Origin: a virus
Lineage: Duplodnaviria > Heunggongvirae > Uroviricota > Caudoviricetes
IMG/VR virus record: IMGVR_UViG_3300017650_000009
Reading direction: 5' to 3' (one strand)
DNA: 64,000 bases
The translations under genes were made by a program, and so were the position numbers. The notes beneath the pieces are model-generated. The model was not told where the DNA came from and searched no databases. It saw only the letters and a list, made by a program, of their open reading frames with translations. Positions 39,174-48,043 of this stretch are shown in pieces. The first letter of the stretch is position 1. Each line of letters begins with the position of its first letter.

Positions 39174-39226
39174 CTAATAAACGGTCCCATAATAACGTAT
39201 GGAAACATTAACAAAGGAGATACAAA

Positions 39227-39712
39227 ATGTCGTATTAGCAAGCACTAGCAACCCGAGCTCATAACGGGACAAATGAAGTTACCCTCCAGGGCATTCCTGC
39301 CCAATTTGAAGATCTTGCAGCGTTCGAAGCAGCAAGTGATACTCTTCGCATTTACAGCATTATTCGTGGTGATCTAGAAATGACACCAGGAAAGATGGCA
39401 AGTCAGGCTTGTCATGCTGCGAAGAACTGTGCTATCCTGGCCCAACAGTATGCGCCAGACCTACTCCAGACTTATCAGGGTTTGGATTTCATTGGCACTC
39501 AAATCATCCTCAAAGCAAAAAACGAACAAGCCATTCTCCGTGCATATGAAGAAGCAAAGTCTGCTGGTCTGATCTGTTCACTTATCGTTGATAGCGGTCA
39601 TGTCATGCTTCCGTATTTCACTGGCGCGCCTATTATCACTGGTCTTGGTATTGGTCCTTGCACTAGAGAGCAAGCTCATTCAATCACCAAACGTTTTGGA
39701 GTAGTAGGATGA
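39227..39712 (+). CDS. PTH2-type peptidyl-tRNA hydrolase with in-frame amber at codon 4
   Basis: IYSIIRGDLEMTPGKMASQACHA, IVDSG, TGLGIGP match PTH2. Strong AAAGGAGA RBS precedes ATG 39227; TAG at 39236-39238; no other ATG/GTG/TTG in frame before 39380. Confidence 0.8.
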
Positions 39713-40023
39713 GTAGACTGTCTCGCGCACTTGAAGCATATAAAGCAATCCTTATGGAACCACTCCAGCCGGGTGAAGTAAAATTCACCCCTTCCCCGAG
39801 TGAACACCTTAAGGATAAGAAGTGGAGCAAAGAGCTTCGTTTAATGTGGCCGGATTATCGTCGAGTTGTTATCACAGATACTCGATTTTACATGGAAAAG
39901 AAAAAGTGGTGCGAAGAATTTGCAAACTTTTACTGGGTCGCAGGCAATCAAACACATTGGCATTTTTCAGATCATAAGAGTGCTGTAGCTTTTAAATTAT
40001 CCTTTGGAGGGAACATCGAATGA
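39709..40023 (+). CDS. Hypothetical protein, F-x4-DAxxFKL family
   Basis: WCEE..FSDHKSAVAFKLSFG. Confidence 0.65.
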   Translation: MSRLSRALEAYKAILMEPLQPGEVKFTPSPSEHLKDKKWSKELRLMWPDYRRVVITDTRFYMEKKKWCEEFANFYWVAGNQTHWHFSDHKSAVAFKLSFGGNIE

Positions 40024-40556
40024 GCGCTTACAACATGAAACCAACTTTTCGCACTCAGACTGAATACAGCGCGTGGCTCCGTAATTGGAGTGAGCTTTAC
40101 CGTGAGGTAACCCAGCGTATTCAGAAACTCAAACTTGAGGTTAAGACACTTCAGCGTTCAGATCATACATCAGCTGCAGAAGCTCAGAAACGGTTACGTC
40201 AGGAACGTGCAATGGGTGCAAAGGCTATGACTCTACTTGAGGAAGCAAAGATTCGTTGGCAGAACATTACTTCTATGCATGAGGGAATTGCGGAGCAATT
40301 TGCAAGTTTTCCGCTTGTACTGGAGGATTGTCGCAATATCGATTTTCACTTCAACAAGAAGCATTTGGAATTTCCGGATATCGTCCCGATGTGGATTATA
40401 AAGGCCAAAGGGAAATCGTATTACGTGAGTCATGTTGATTGTGAAACTGCATGGACCACTCGAGAACAGCCAAACAACCCAAGCACTAAGGGTGCAATCC
40501 GTATCAAGCGTGGTAACATCCATATTGATGCTGAAGGTGCTGCTCGAATTTACTGA
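40020..40556 (+). CDS. Hypothetical protein (coiled coil + conserved phage domain)
   Basis: GGAGG RBS; FHFNKKHL..PMWIIKAKGKSYYV..TKGAI. Confidence 0.65.
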   Translation: MSAYNMKPTFRTQTEYSAWLRNWSELYREVTQRIQKLKLEVKTLQRSDHTSAAEAQKRLRQERAMGAKAMTLLEEAKIRWQNITSMHEGIAEQFASFPLVLEDCRNIDFHFNKKHLEFPDIVPMWIIKAKGKSYYVSHVDCETAWTTREQPNNPSTKGAIRIKRGNIHIDAEGAARIY

Positions 40557-40563
40557 GAACTGG

Positions 40564-40602
40564 TTGACACGCTCGTCTGCCTATGTTAGATTGAGCGTGT
40601 TA
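40564..40602 (+). promoter_or_regulatory. Sigma70-type promoter within an inverted repeat
   Basis: TTGACA-N17-TAGATT; TTGACACGCTC pairs with GAGCGTGTTAA. Confidence 0.65.
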
Positions 40603-40623
40603 ATTTAGAAGAGCGGAGTAACT

Positions 40624-41889
40624 ATGAAGAAGATACCCTTACATAGTCTGGTACTAATGGTCGGCCCATCGGGCGCTGGCAAGAGCACCATTGTTGAAGA
40701 GCATTTCACTGACTACGAAGTCATTAGCTCTGATGCAATCCGCCACGAACTGGTTGGTGAATTCCAACGTCAGGACGTTAATCAAACAGTGTTCCAGGAA
40801 CTCTTCCGTCGTACACGTTTGAAGCTGGAATTGGGTGAACGAGTGATTGTGGATGCAACAAATTTGCGTCGACAGGATCGCATGGCAATTGTAGAGATCG
40901 GGACAGAAATCAATGTTCCAATCTTTTACGTTGTTGTGAACCGTCCACTCGAGGAAAAGCTCAAGACTGCTGGATGGCGTGAAGATGTTCCTGGTCTTAT
41001 TGAGCGTCACGATAAGTTATTTTTGGATAACGAACGTGACATCCTAAGGGGTGATGGTTTTGCAACTGTCATCGACACTCGAAAGGAAGAGTTCCGTACT
41101 ATCGGAAAGCTTCCATTAGGAGACATTGGACCACATGTTTTGGATCTTGGATTCAAGGGTGTGATGGCACTCGGAGATGTGCATGGTATGCGCGAATCAC
41201 TTCGTAGTGCGATGGAATGGGCAACTGCTCGCAACTTGTTCATGGTCTTCCTCGGTGACATCATCGATTATGGTCCAAACTCTTTGGAATGTGTGGACCT
41301 CGTGCATGATGTTATCATCCGTGGTCGCGGTGCAATGACACTCGGTAATCATGAGAAGAAAATCGAACGTTGGTTGGGCCAGGACCGCAAAGGAGAAGTT
41401 AAGCTGAAGTTGAGCGATGGAAATCGGGCAACCACTCGGCTAGTGCAGGCACTGGGTTCTCTTGAACGTACTCGGTTCGAAAATAAGTTCTACTCGCTGT
41501 TGAACTTGTCCAAGAACCACATTTTGCTCGGCGATATCATGTTCACGCATGGTGGTGCAGAGCCCGAAATGTTCAAGACCACAGTGTCAAGACTTCACGG
41601 CCGACTCGAAAGTATTGCTCTTTATGGGGAAGTTGATCCCGTTAACAAGTTCAATGCTGATGGCTACCCAAATCGTATCTACGAATGGGTTAACCGCATT
41701 CCACAAGGAAAGCAAGTCATTGTGGGTCATGATATCCGTAGCACGGTAAAGCCACTTGTGGTTTCCGGCGCTAAGGGAGGTGAAGCAATTTTCTTGGACA
41801 CCGGTTCAGGAAAGGGCGGACAGCTTTCGACCGCACATATCATCCACTCGGATGGTCGTTGGAAGGTTGAAGCATTTTCGACTCACTAG
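40624..41889 (+). CDS. Polynucleotide kinase-phosphatase (Pnkp-like, no ligase domain)
   Basis: GPSGAGKST, ISSD.IR, VDATNL; GDVHG, LGDIIDYGP, GNHE, HGG, VGH, LDTG. Confidence 0.88.
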   Translation: MKKIPLHSLVLMVGPSGAGKSTIVEEHFTDYEVISSDAIRHELVGEFQRQDVNQTVFQELFRRTRLKLELGERVIVDATNLRRQDRMAIVEIGTEINVPIFYVVVNRPLEEKLKTAGWREDVPGLIERHDKLFLDNERDILRGDGFATVIDTRKEEFRTIGKLPLGDIGPHVLDLGFKGVMALGDVHGMRESLRSAMEWATARNLFMVFLGDIIDYGPNSLECVDLVHDVIIRGRGAMTLGNHEKKIERWLGQDRKGEVKLKLSDGNRATTRLVQALGSLERTRFENKFYSLLNLSKNHILLGDIMFTHGGAEPEMFKTTVSRLHGRLESIALYGEVDPVNKFNADGYPNRIYEWVNRIPQGKQVIVGHDIRSTVKPLVVSGAKGGEAIFLDTGSGKGGQLSTAHIIHSDGRWKVEAFSTH

Positions 41890-41924
41890 GCAAGGGTGAG
41901 CCGTAAAAAACGGTTGCCCTTGCC
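41889..41924 (+). terminator. Stem-loop after Pnkp
   Basis: GGCAAGGG..GCCGT-AAAAA-ACGGT..CCCTTGCC. Confidence 0.55.
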
Positions 41925-41995
41925 GCAGTAATAACTATGGATAACATACTTCAACTAAATATGAGGTAAGAAGTCCTAAAACTTTGGTGAGTAAA

Positions 41996-42553
41996 ATGGC
42001 TGACACACTTATACTAAACGCAGATGCACAACCAATGGGATTCGTCCCACTCAGCACCCTTAACTGGGAAGATTCCGTAAAACTGATGTTTTTGGATCGC
42101 GTTGAGATTGTGGCTGAATATGCGGAATGGGAAGTTTCCAGTCCAAGTATTACGCTTAAGGTTCCAAGCGTTCTAATGAATCACGACTTTATCAACATGG
42201 CACGTGGCGTCAAGTTGTCGAGCAAGAACATCAAGCTCCGTGATTCCTATAAGTGTCAGTATTGTGGCGTTGACTGCAAGCACGATCATTCTCTACTAAC
42301 GATGGACCACGTTGTTCCTCGTGCAAGAGGTGGCAAGTCCAACTGGACCAACCTTGTTGCAGCTTGTACTCCTTGTAACTTGAAGAAGGCGCACTACGAC
42401 AAGATGAAGCCGGTTCGTGCTCCAATAAAGCCGACTTATTACCAGCTTGTTGATAAAGCGCGTCAGTACCCAATTCAAATCCCTCATGAAAGTTGGATAG
42501 ATTTCATGGGGTGGGATAGGTCACTAGTCACAGTGTCCGGAAAATACAAATAA
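41996..42553 (+). CDS. HNH endonuclease
   Basis: LILNAD, RDSYKCQYCG, TMDHVVPRARGG..WTNLVAACTPCNLKK. Confidence 0.9.
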   Translation: MADTLILNADAQPMGFVPLSTLNWEDSVKLMFLDRVEIVAEYAEWEVSSPSITLKVPSVLMNHDFINMARGVKLSSKNIKLRDSYKCQYCGVDCKHDHSLLTMDHVVPRARGGKSNWTNLVAACTPCNLKKAHYDKMKPVRAPIKPTYYQLVDKARQYPIQIPHESWIDFMGWDRSLVTVSGKYK

Positions 42554-42578
42554 AAAGGGGGTCAATTGACCCCCTTTT
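42553..42578 (+). terminator. Palindromic (possibly bidirectional) terminator
   Basis: AAAAGGGGGTCAATTGACCCCCTTTT. Confidence 0.85.
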
Positions 42579-42800
42579 CTTACAGCTAAAACACCGTATC
42601 ATTAACCATATGATTTTAGAATCACCTAAATCCTTGCAGTAAATCCTAAACACATATCTTCAGGGTAGGATTTTGTTTGCTATCTTGAATACCTCCTCCC
42701 AAAATTTACATATTTGATATTCAAATAGAAATGGTGTTATATTATCCAATATACAATTCATGGTAATGCATTGTTTTTATTAGATTATTTAGGAATAAAA

Positions 42801-42829
42801 TTGACATTCTGGTGATTAACCACTAGAAT
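42801..42829 (+). promoter_or_regulatory. Sigma70-type promoter
   Basis: TTGACA-N17-TAGAAT. Confidence 0.7.
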
Positions 42830-42859
42830 ACAGATATATTTCATACTAAGGAGAATATA

Positions 42860-43075
42860 ATGACTGACCAGGTCAACCCATCCATTAGCATTTCAGATCT
42901 CGAAAATATTTTGAAGATCATCGACGCCGCTAGTGAACGCGGGTCGTTTAAAGGTTCTGAACTGTCAGCTGTTGGTTCAGTACGTGACAAAATTGCAGGT
43001 TTTCTAAGCCATGTTACCGAACAACGTGCCCAGGCAGAAGCGGCAAATCCAGCAACCGAAGCACCAAAGGAGTAA
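42860..43075 (+). CDS. Small conserved phage protein
   Basis: AAGGAG RBS; DL..IID.AS.RG.FK..EL..VG motif. Confidence 0.75.
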   Translation: MTDQVNPSISISDLENILKIIDAASERGSFKGSELSAVGSVRDKIAGFLSHVTEQRAQAEAANPATEAPKE

Positions 43076-43078
43076 TCA

Positions 43079-43744
43079 ATGGCTGATATCGTTAGACACG
43101 TCGGTAAAACAGTTAACACGGATCGCCGTGTTGTAGTCGTTTATATGCAGATTCCTGGACGAGAAGATCACGCACTCGTAGTTGATACTGATAGCTTACC
43201 ATCAAAGTACCATGATGATCTAATGCAGGTCATTCAGGGCGAAGCTCAAAAGGAGCCAGTACTGGCTAATATTTTGACTCGCCGTATTATGCCATCGACC
43301 GGTATTGATATGCTAACAAGTTTGCATCAGGCCGGGCAGCTACAGCCAGTACCTGTGGATAAGATTATTATGCTTCCACAGCCAAACCGTCCAGTGCCGC
43401 TTCCAAAGCTTATCGAGTATATGGCGCAAGCTGAAGACAGAGCGCCTGTTTCTGCAAAGGAAAATACCGAATTTCGCGATAATCGCATCGTAGAGAACCA
43501 GGCAATCGAAAAGGACAGCGCAGTATATAATATTGCAAAGAACCTTATCATTGAAGCTGATATGCTCCAGAGCGAAGCAAATCGTAAACGCCAACAAGCA
43601 TATGATATGTATCCGGCATTGGCTCCCAAGTCGACCAACGTGGATACTGCTGATATCCCAGCAGTAAAGGTTGACGAGATGATTGAAGCGACAAAGAAGT
43701 CAGTAGCAAAGCGTAAAACTACAAAGACACCAAAGGCTGATTAA
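43079..43744 (+). CDS. Conserved phage protein
   Basis: AAGGAG RBS; RHVG..VVVY..PG..ALVV. Confidence 0.75.
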   Translation: MADIVRHVGKTVNTDRRVVVVYMQIPGREDHALVVDTDSLPSKYHDDLMQVIQGEAQKEPVLANILTRRIMPSTGIDMLTSLHQAGQLQPVPVDKIIMLPQPNRPVPLPKLIEYMAQAEDRAPVSAKENTEFRDNRIVENQAIEKDSAVYNIAKNLIIEADMLQSEANRKRQQAYDMYPALAPKSTNVDTADIPAVKVDEMIEATKKSVAKRKTTKTPKAD

Positions 43745-44076
43745 TGGATTTTCCAAAGCTAGACGCCGATGCTGCATCAGCACTCGATGAGATTTTTAAT
43801 AACATCGAGTCTGATCGCAAAATCCAAAATATCCTAAGTCAAATTCACGCAGAACGTCAACGCCAATTCGATTTACCTGGTTCTGAATGGGATGCGCGTA
43901 ATACACCGGGAGACTGGGTTGCTCTTATCGGACACTATGCGAATGGCGAAGTTCGTCGTAATGGTCAAGCTCCATATGCTGATGACTTTGAGGAATCACT
44001 AATAAAAGCTGCCGCTGTTATTATTGCAGCACTAGATCATATAGAAGATATGAAGTCTAGGGGTCAGCTTTTATAA
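43744..44076 (+). CDS. Helical protein, possibly MazG-like/NTP-PPase related
   Basis: ERQRQ..W..LIKAAAVIIAAL; catalytic EExGE not intact. Confidence 0.45.
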   Translation: MDFPKLDADAASALDEIFNNIESDRKIQNILSQIHAERQRQFDLPGSEWDARNTPGDWVALIGHYANGEVRRNGQAPYADDFEESLIKAAAVIIAALDHIEDMKSRGQLL

Positions 44077-44137
44077 ATTGACGTTTTAATCCCCAATATG
44101 TTTTAATACCCGGAGTTATTAAATTCCGGGTATTTTT

Positions 44138-44668
44138 ATGTCAAACAATAATTCACATACAAGTTCTACCTTTTACAGCTATGGTACCAAAACTATTGGT
44201 CAACAGCCTGTAACCAAAACACCCAATAATGGTCTATATGCGTCGAAAGCTTCTAGTTCTCGTTACTACTCCAATAATGGTACGAGAGAACGTCTTCGCA
44301 ATGTGGGCGAATTGGGATCCAATAATACATTCTTAACGCCGGATCGTGTCGACCAAGTTTTCGATTTTAATTTGTTTGGTGAAAATTATTATGGCGAATG
44401 TGTTGGTGACGAAAAGCAAGAGGACGAATGCGATGCACCATTGCATGAGTTTTCCGAAGTTCAGCTTTCACTTAACATGGAAACAATTGATGAAGTTGAA
44501 GCCAAGCTCGTAAAACAGATCAACAAATATCGTCGTGCCACCGAAGCTATGGCAGGTTGTGCGCTATTGTGGTGGGACTTGATGACTGATTTGAATAAGA
44601 ATCCTCACCTGGCGGAGGAATTCAAAAAGTTCCAAATGCTACGTAAGTTATCAGGCGGAACCCTATGA
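44138..44668 (+). CDS. Hypothetical protein (shared C-terminal helix family)
   Basis: Ends NKNPHLAEEFKKFQMLRKL. Confidence 0.6.
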   Translation: MSNNNSHTSSTFYSYGTKTIGQQPVTKTPNNGLYASKASSSRYYSNNGTRERLRNVGELGSNNTFLTPDRVDQVFDFNLFGENYYGECVGDEKQEDECDAPLHEFSEVQLSLNMETIDEVEAKLVKQINKYRRATEAMAGCALLWWDLMTDLNKNPHLAEEFKKFQMLRKLSGGTL

Positions 44669-44916
44669 GTAGTGCAAAACGATTTGAGTGTGAAGAATAT
44701 GCACGTGAGCATTGGGGCTACAAAGTCACCAAGTTAAACGAAGATGTCAGAAAACTTCAAGCACAAATTGAACGGCTCGAAAAAGAAAACGCACACTTAA
44801 AACGTTTCGAATCAGAAATAAAAGGTTTTCGAAAACTTATGTTTGCGATCAAAGAGAATGAAATGGCTCATTCTTATTGGAAGAAGGTCATGGTATGCCT
44901 GAGATTAACAGAATAA
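44665..44916 (+). CDS. Hypothetical coiled-coil protein (same family)
   Basis: Ends AIKENEMAHSYWKKVMVCLRLTE. Confidence 0.6.
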   Translation: MSSAKRFECEEYAREHWGYKVTKLNEDVRKLQAQIERLEKENAHLKRFESEIKGFRKLMFAIKENEMAHSYWKKVMVCLRLTE

Positions 44917-45248
44917 CAGCTATAGACTCCGAAATACTAGATCGTATTCTTGAAATTGAGAATGAACGCGATATTGCAATCGGGCATGTCGAAACACTTC
45001 AAAAAGAAATAGAACGTCTGAAAGAGCGAGATACTTTGTCTCGCCAAATGCTTTCTGAATTTGGAAAACATGGTTTCATGTTTGGTCCAAATACAACTGA
45101 TGAACAATTTATGGATATTATTGAATCAGTAGTTCGACTTTGTGATAAAGGTCGACATATGGAAATTTTTGAAAAAGCAATTAAGGAGAATGACCTTGCA
45201 AAACACGCATGGGACCGTTTCATGCTCTGCCTCCGTATCGCCGAATAA
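44895..45248 (+). CDS. Hypothetical coiled-coil protein (same family)
   Basis: Ends AIKENDLAKHAWDRFMLCLRIAE; start uncertain. Confidence 0.6.
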   Translation: MPEINRITAIDSEILDRILEIENERDIAIGHVETLQKEIERLKERDTLSRQMLSEFGKHGFMFGPNTTDEQFMDIIESVVRLCDKGRHMEIFEKAIKENDLAKHAWDRFMLCLRIAE

Positions 45249-45528
45249 CCCAAATAGCATCGATGCTATACAGATAACAAATATTGGCGTGTTGTCCCAA
45301 CAGATGATTCATACGCATAATATTACCACAATACATGGGGCACATAGTCATAACATTACTGGGGGTTATGTATTCTATAATAAGGATCATAAGCCATTTA
45401 ACGTGAGTTATCAAGAAATTTGCGATCTACTTGAGAATGAACAAGAACAACGCGATTTGATTAATGAATTTCCAGCAGTTAAACAAGCATATGAGAAATT
45501 CCTAACAGTATTGAAGCTTCATAAGTGA
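45142..45528 (+). CDS. Hypothetical protein (same family)
   Basis: Ends NEFPAVKQAYEKFLTVLKL; start uncertain. Confidence 0.5.
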   Translation: MIKVDIWKFLKKQLRRMTLQNTHGTVSCSASVSPNNPNSIDAIQITNIGVLSQQMIHTHNITTIHGAHSHNITGGYVFYNKDHKPFNVSYQEICDLLENEQEQRDLINEFPAVKQAYEKFLTVLKLHK

Positions 45529-45596
45529 AACCAAATACTGTAAATACTCTGTAGGAAGAAAACCTGCATCGTCTTTACAGTATAGGAGACACTATC

Positions 45597-45875
45597 ATGG
45601 GCAAGAAAAACCGTTACGAGGACATTGATAAATTCCTTGAAGAGGTTGAGATTAATGTTATCCCTGAGGAATTCATTACGGCTGCATGTGTTACGAATCT
45701 CGACGGCGATGAATATCTTGTTTCGTTCGACGAAGCTGCCGAGATTTTTGAAAACGGTTCACTAGAGGACCAAGGCATTTTAGCTGTTCGTGCTATCATT
45801 AATATGCGTGAAGTACGTGAAACAGTTTACCAGTTGTCCAAGCAATGTATGCGAGCAACTAAATCTAAAAAGTAA
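45597..45875 (+). CDS. Conserved acidic phage protein
   Basis: AGGAG RBS; TAAATA at 45541. Confidence 0.7.
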   Translation: MGKKNRYEDIDKFLEEVEINVIPEEFITAACVTNLDGDEYLVSFDEAAEIFENGSLEDQGILAVRAIINMREVRETVYQLSKQCMRATKSKK

Positions 45876-45882
45876 GGTTTCG

Positions 45883-46563
45883 ATGCCATCTATAGCTCAA
45901 CGTTTTAATCCACTCCTAGATCCGCTTCTTGTAGAATTTCAAATTGACAGTTGGGGTTTAGAGGAAAAAGGTTTCAGAGTTGAGAAAACTAATCCCCACT
46001 ATTTGCTATTGAGGGAACAACTTCTCTCAATAGTTCCTCATGCTGTTGATGATCTCGAAATGAATCATGAGATCATCAGTATTCATCCCAGAGACTCCCT
46101 ATGTTATTTGAATGAAACTATCGTTGTCGTGTATAACGATGTTATACCGGATCAAATAAAAACCAAATATAGTTTTCCCAATTCTAAATTATGTCCGGAT
46201 CAAGTAGCGATCAAGTACGATACTATCACGGGCGAAGCATTTGCCAAAGTTTATGATTTGGATTTTACTAAGTATTGGTGCCCCGAACTACCTACTGGTA
46301 CACTTGTGGGTTGTGATCATGGTGTTGGAATTCATTTGACATCGGATAGTCGTTCGCGCTATTCTGATTTTTATCTAGCGCATACTTGCCGACAAACTAT
46401 GAGAGACTTCCTCGGGAAGCTTTATCCGGAATATCATGAGGATTTTGATCCCAAATTCCGTGGGTATTGTTTGACGGTGGATCAGGAAAGCCATTCAATA
46501 GTGAAGGCTAAGCGCTATGTCTACTGGAAAGACAAAACCCTAGAGGATCCTTATACGATATGA
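45883..46563 (+). CDS. Hypothetical protein, tandem paralog A
   Basis: Colinear similarity to 46560-47270. Confidence 0.65.
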   Translation: MPSIAQRFNPLLDPLLVEFQIDSWGLEEKGFRVEKTNPHYLLLREQLLSIVPHAVDDLEMNHEIISIHPRDSLCYLNETIVVVYNDVIPDQIKTKYSFPNSKLCPDQVAIKYDTITGEAFAKVYDLDFTKYWCPELPTGTLVGCDHGVGIHLTSDSRSRYSDFYLAHTCRQTMRDFLGKLYPEYHEDFDPKFRGYCLTVDQESHSIVKAKRYVYWKDKTLEDPYTI

Positions 46564-47270
46564 TTACTCCTCATTTAATTGACGACTTATTGGAGTTGTC
46601 ACCAGAATCTCGAACTATGCTTGATTCAAATTTAGCGTCAATGCAAATTGACAAAGCTGGTATTACCGAGCTATCCTTTTTTATGGACTTTAGTCAGCCA
46701 TCATTAAAATTGCTTTGGAATCTATTGCTTAATACGTTCCCAAATGCTCAAATCCCAGGTCTCACTCCATCGAATATTTCAGTACATCCGAAGGATGGTG
46801 TATCATATTTGGGAGATTCAATTGTTGTTGATTATTCGGATTCCGATATACCTGGTAGTATTATTCGTGAATTTGATGTTCCAGATTCTGTACGTCCAAA
46901 CAGCGCGTTCAAGCTCAAATATAACTTGGATACAAAAGAAGTTATGCTAAAGCTATATGATACTGCGGTTTCAAAATATCCTCGCCCCAATACGCCAGAA
47001 GGTACAATTTGGGGGTCGTTTATTGGTGTTGGTCGACAGTTTTCAAAAAGCAAACAAACTAATAATATTTTGGATTTCTACTATTTGAGTCGAGATCGCG
47101 AAGCAATGCGCGAATGGCTTGGTGATGATTATCCAAACTATGATGAAACATTTGTAACAGAAGCACGTGGTTACGCTGTTAGTACCGACTGGGAAACCGG
47201 ACGTATTGTAAATGTCAAACGACATATCTACGCAAGAGATCCCGCATTACTCAACGTTGCCGGGGTCTGA
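46560..47270 (+). CDS. Hypothetical protein, tandem paralog B
   Basis: ISVHPKD..YL..IVVDY, KY..KLYD, RGY, KRHIY shared with the upstream gene. Confidence 0.65.
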   Translation: MITPHLIDDLLELSPESRTMLDSNLASMQIDKAGITELSFFMDFSQPSLKLLWNLLLNTFPNAQIPGLTPSNISVHPKDGVSYLGDSIVVDYSDSDIPGSIIREFDVPDSVRPNSAFKLKYNLDTKEVMLKLYDTAVSKYPRPNTPEGTIWGSFIGVGRQFSKSKQTNNILDFYYLSRDREAMREWLGDDYPNYDETFVTEARGYAVSTDWETGRIVNVKRHIYARDPALLNVAGV

Positions 47271-47681
47271 TTCTATTTGAAATTCCTCTAGGAAATAATC
47301 CTGCACATCAGGGATCTCACTAGCAGACATATCAAAATCAAGCCCAATACGCTCAAGGACTGCATCATAGACATGTTTGTGGTCCGAGTAGCGTTTGAAG
47401 TATGGATCGTTTCCGTAAAGCAAATTAGCTGAATCCAAAGCAACATAAAAATCTTCTTTGAAGAAATGACTTAGAAGTCTAGCGTAGACTATTGCTACGA
47501 GGTAACTCTTTGCCGGATATACAACCTTCGACGGAGCAACAGCAAAATACTCAACGATACGTTCAACTAGTGCATCGTCTGACCAATCGCTCATATATTC
47601 AACACGTTCGTCTGTAACTTGATCCGGATGGAATCGATTAAGACGATGGAATACTTGCTGTCTTACTTCCCAATCTTTCAT
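47247..47681 (-). CDS. Hypothetical protein, last gene of radical SAM operon
   Basis: ATGA coupling; YPAKSYLVAIVYA, LLYGNDPYF. Confidence 0.7.
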   Translation of the reverse strand: MKDWEVRQQVFHRLNRFHPDQVTDERVEYMSDWSDDALVERIVEYFAVAPSKVVYPAKSYLVAIVYARLLSHFFKEDFYVALDSANLLYGNDPYFKRYSDHKHVYDAVLERIGLDFDMSASEIPDVQDYFLEEFQIESDPGNVE

Positions 47682-48043
47682 CGTAGCTTCTTCATAAAGT
47701 TGTAGGGGTTATCATAATCGGAACTATCTGTGATTACAAATGATTCATAATGACTCGGATGTTCAATTGCAATCTCCGTGCATTTTGGATTGCGCATCAT
47801 AAGCATGATGATTTGTTCTCTTGCTCGACGCAAATATTCTGGCTTCCCTGAATAACATGCAAATTGATTTGATTCTATGTGAATCCTAACCCAACCATTA
47901 TCTGTGATTTCACGGAGCAAAGACAAGCCCTTCAACTTGGACTCAATATTCTGTTCACACCAACGCATATGCTCTTGACCATACAGATTTATAATCTCTA
48001 GCTCCGGATTAATAAAATATGTGAACGAATTATCTAGCATCAT
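47678..48043 (-). CDS. Hypothetical protein in radical SAM operon
   Basis: Start overlaps the rSAM stop; H..W..GWVRI. Confidence 0.55.
   Translation of the reverse strand: MMLDNSFTYFINPELEIINLYGQEHMRWCEQNIESKLKGLSLLREITDNGWVRIHIESNQFACYSGKPEYLRRAREQIIMLMMRNPKCTEIAIEHPSHYESFVITDSSDYDNPYNFMKKLR

Noticed and set aside
42580-42800. Hidden gene or ncRNA in the AT-rich gap
   Set aside because: Only short stop-interrupted frames and no convincing stems found by eye.
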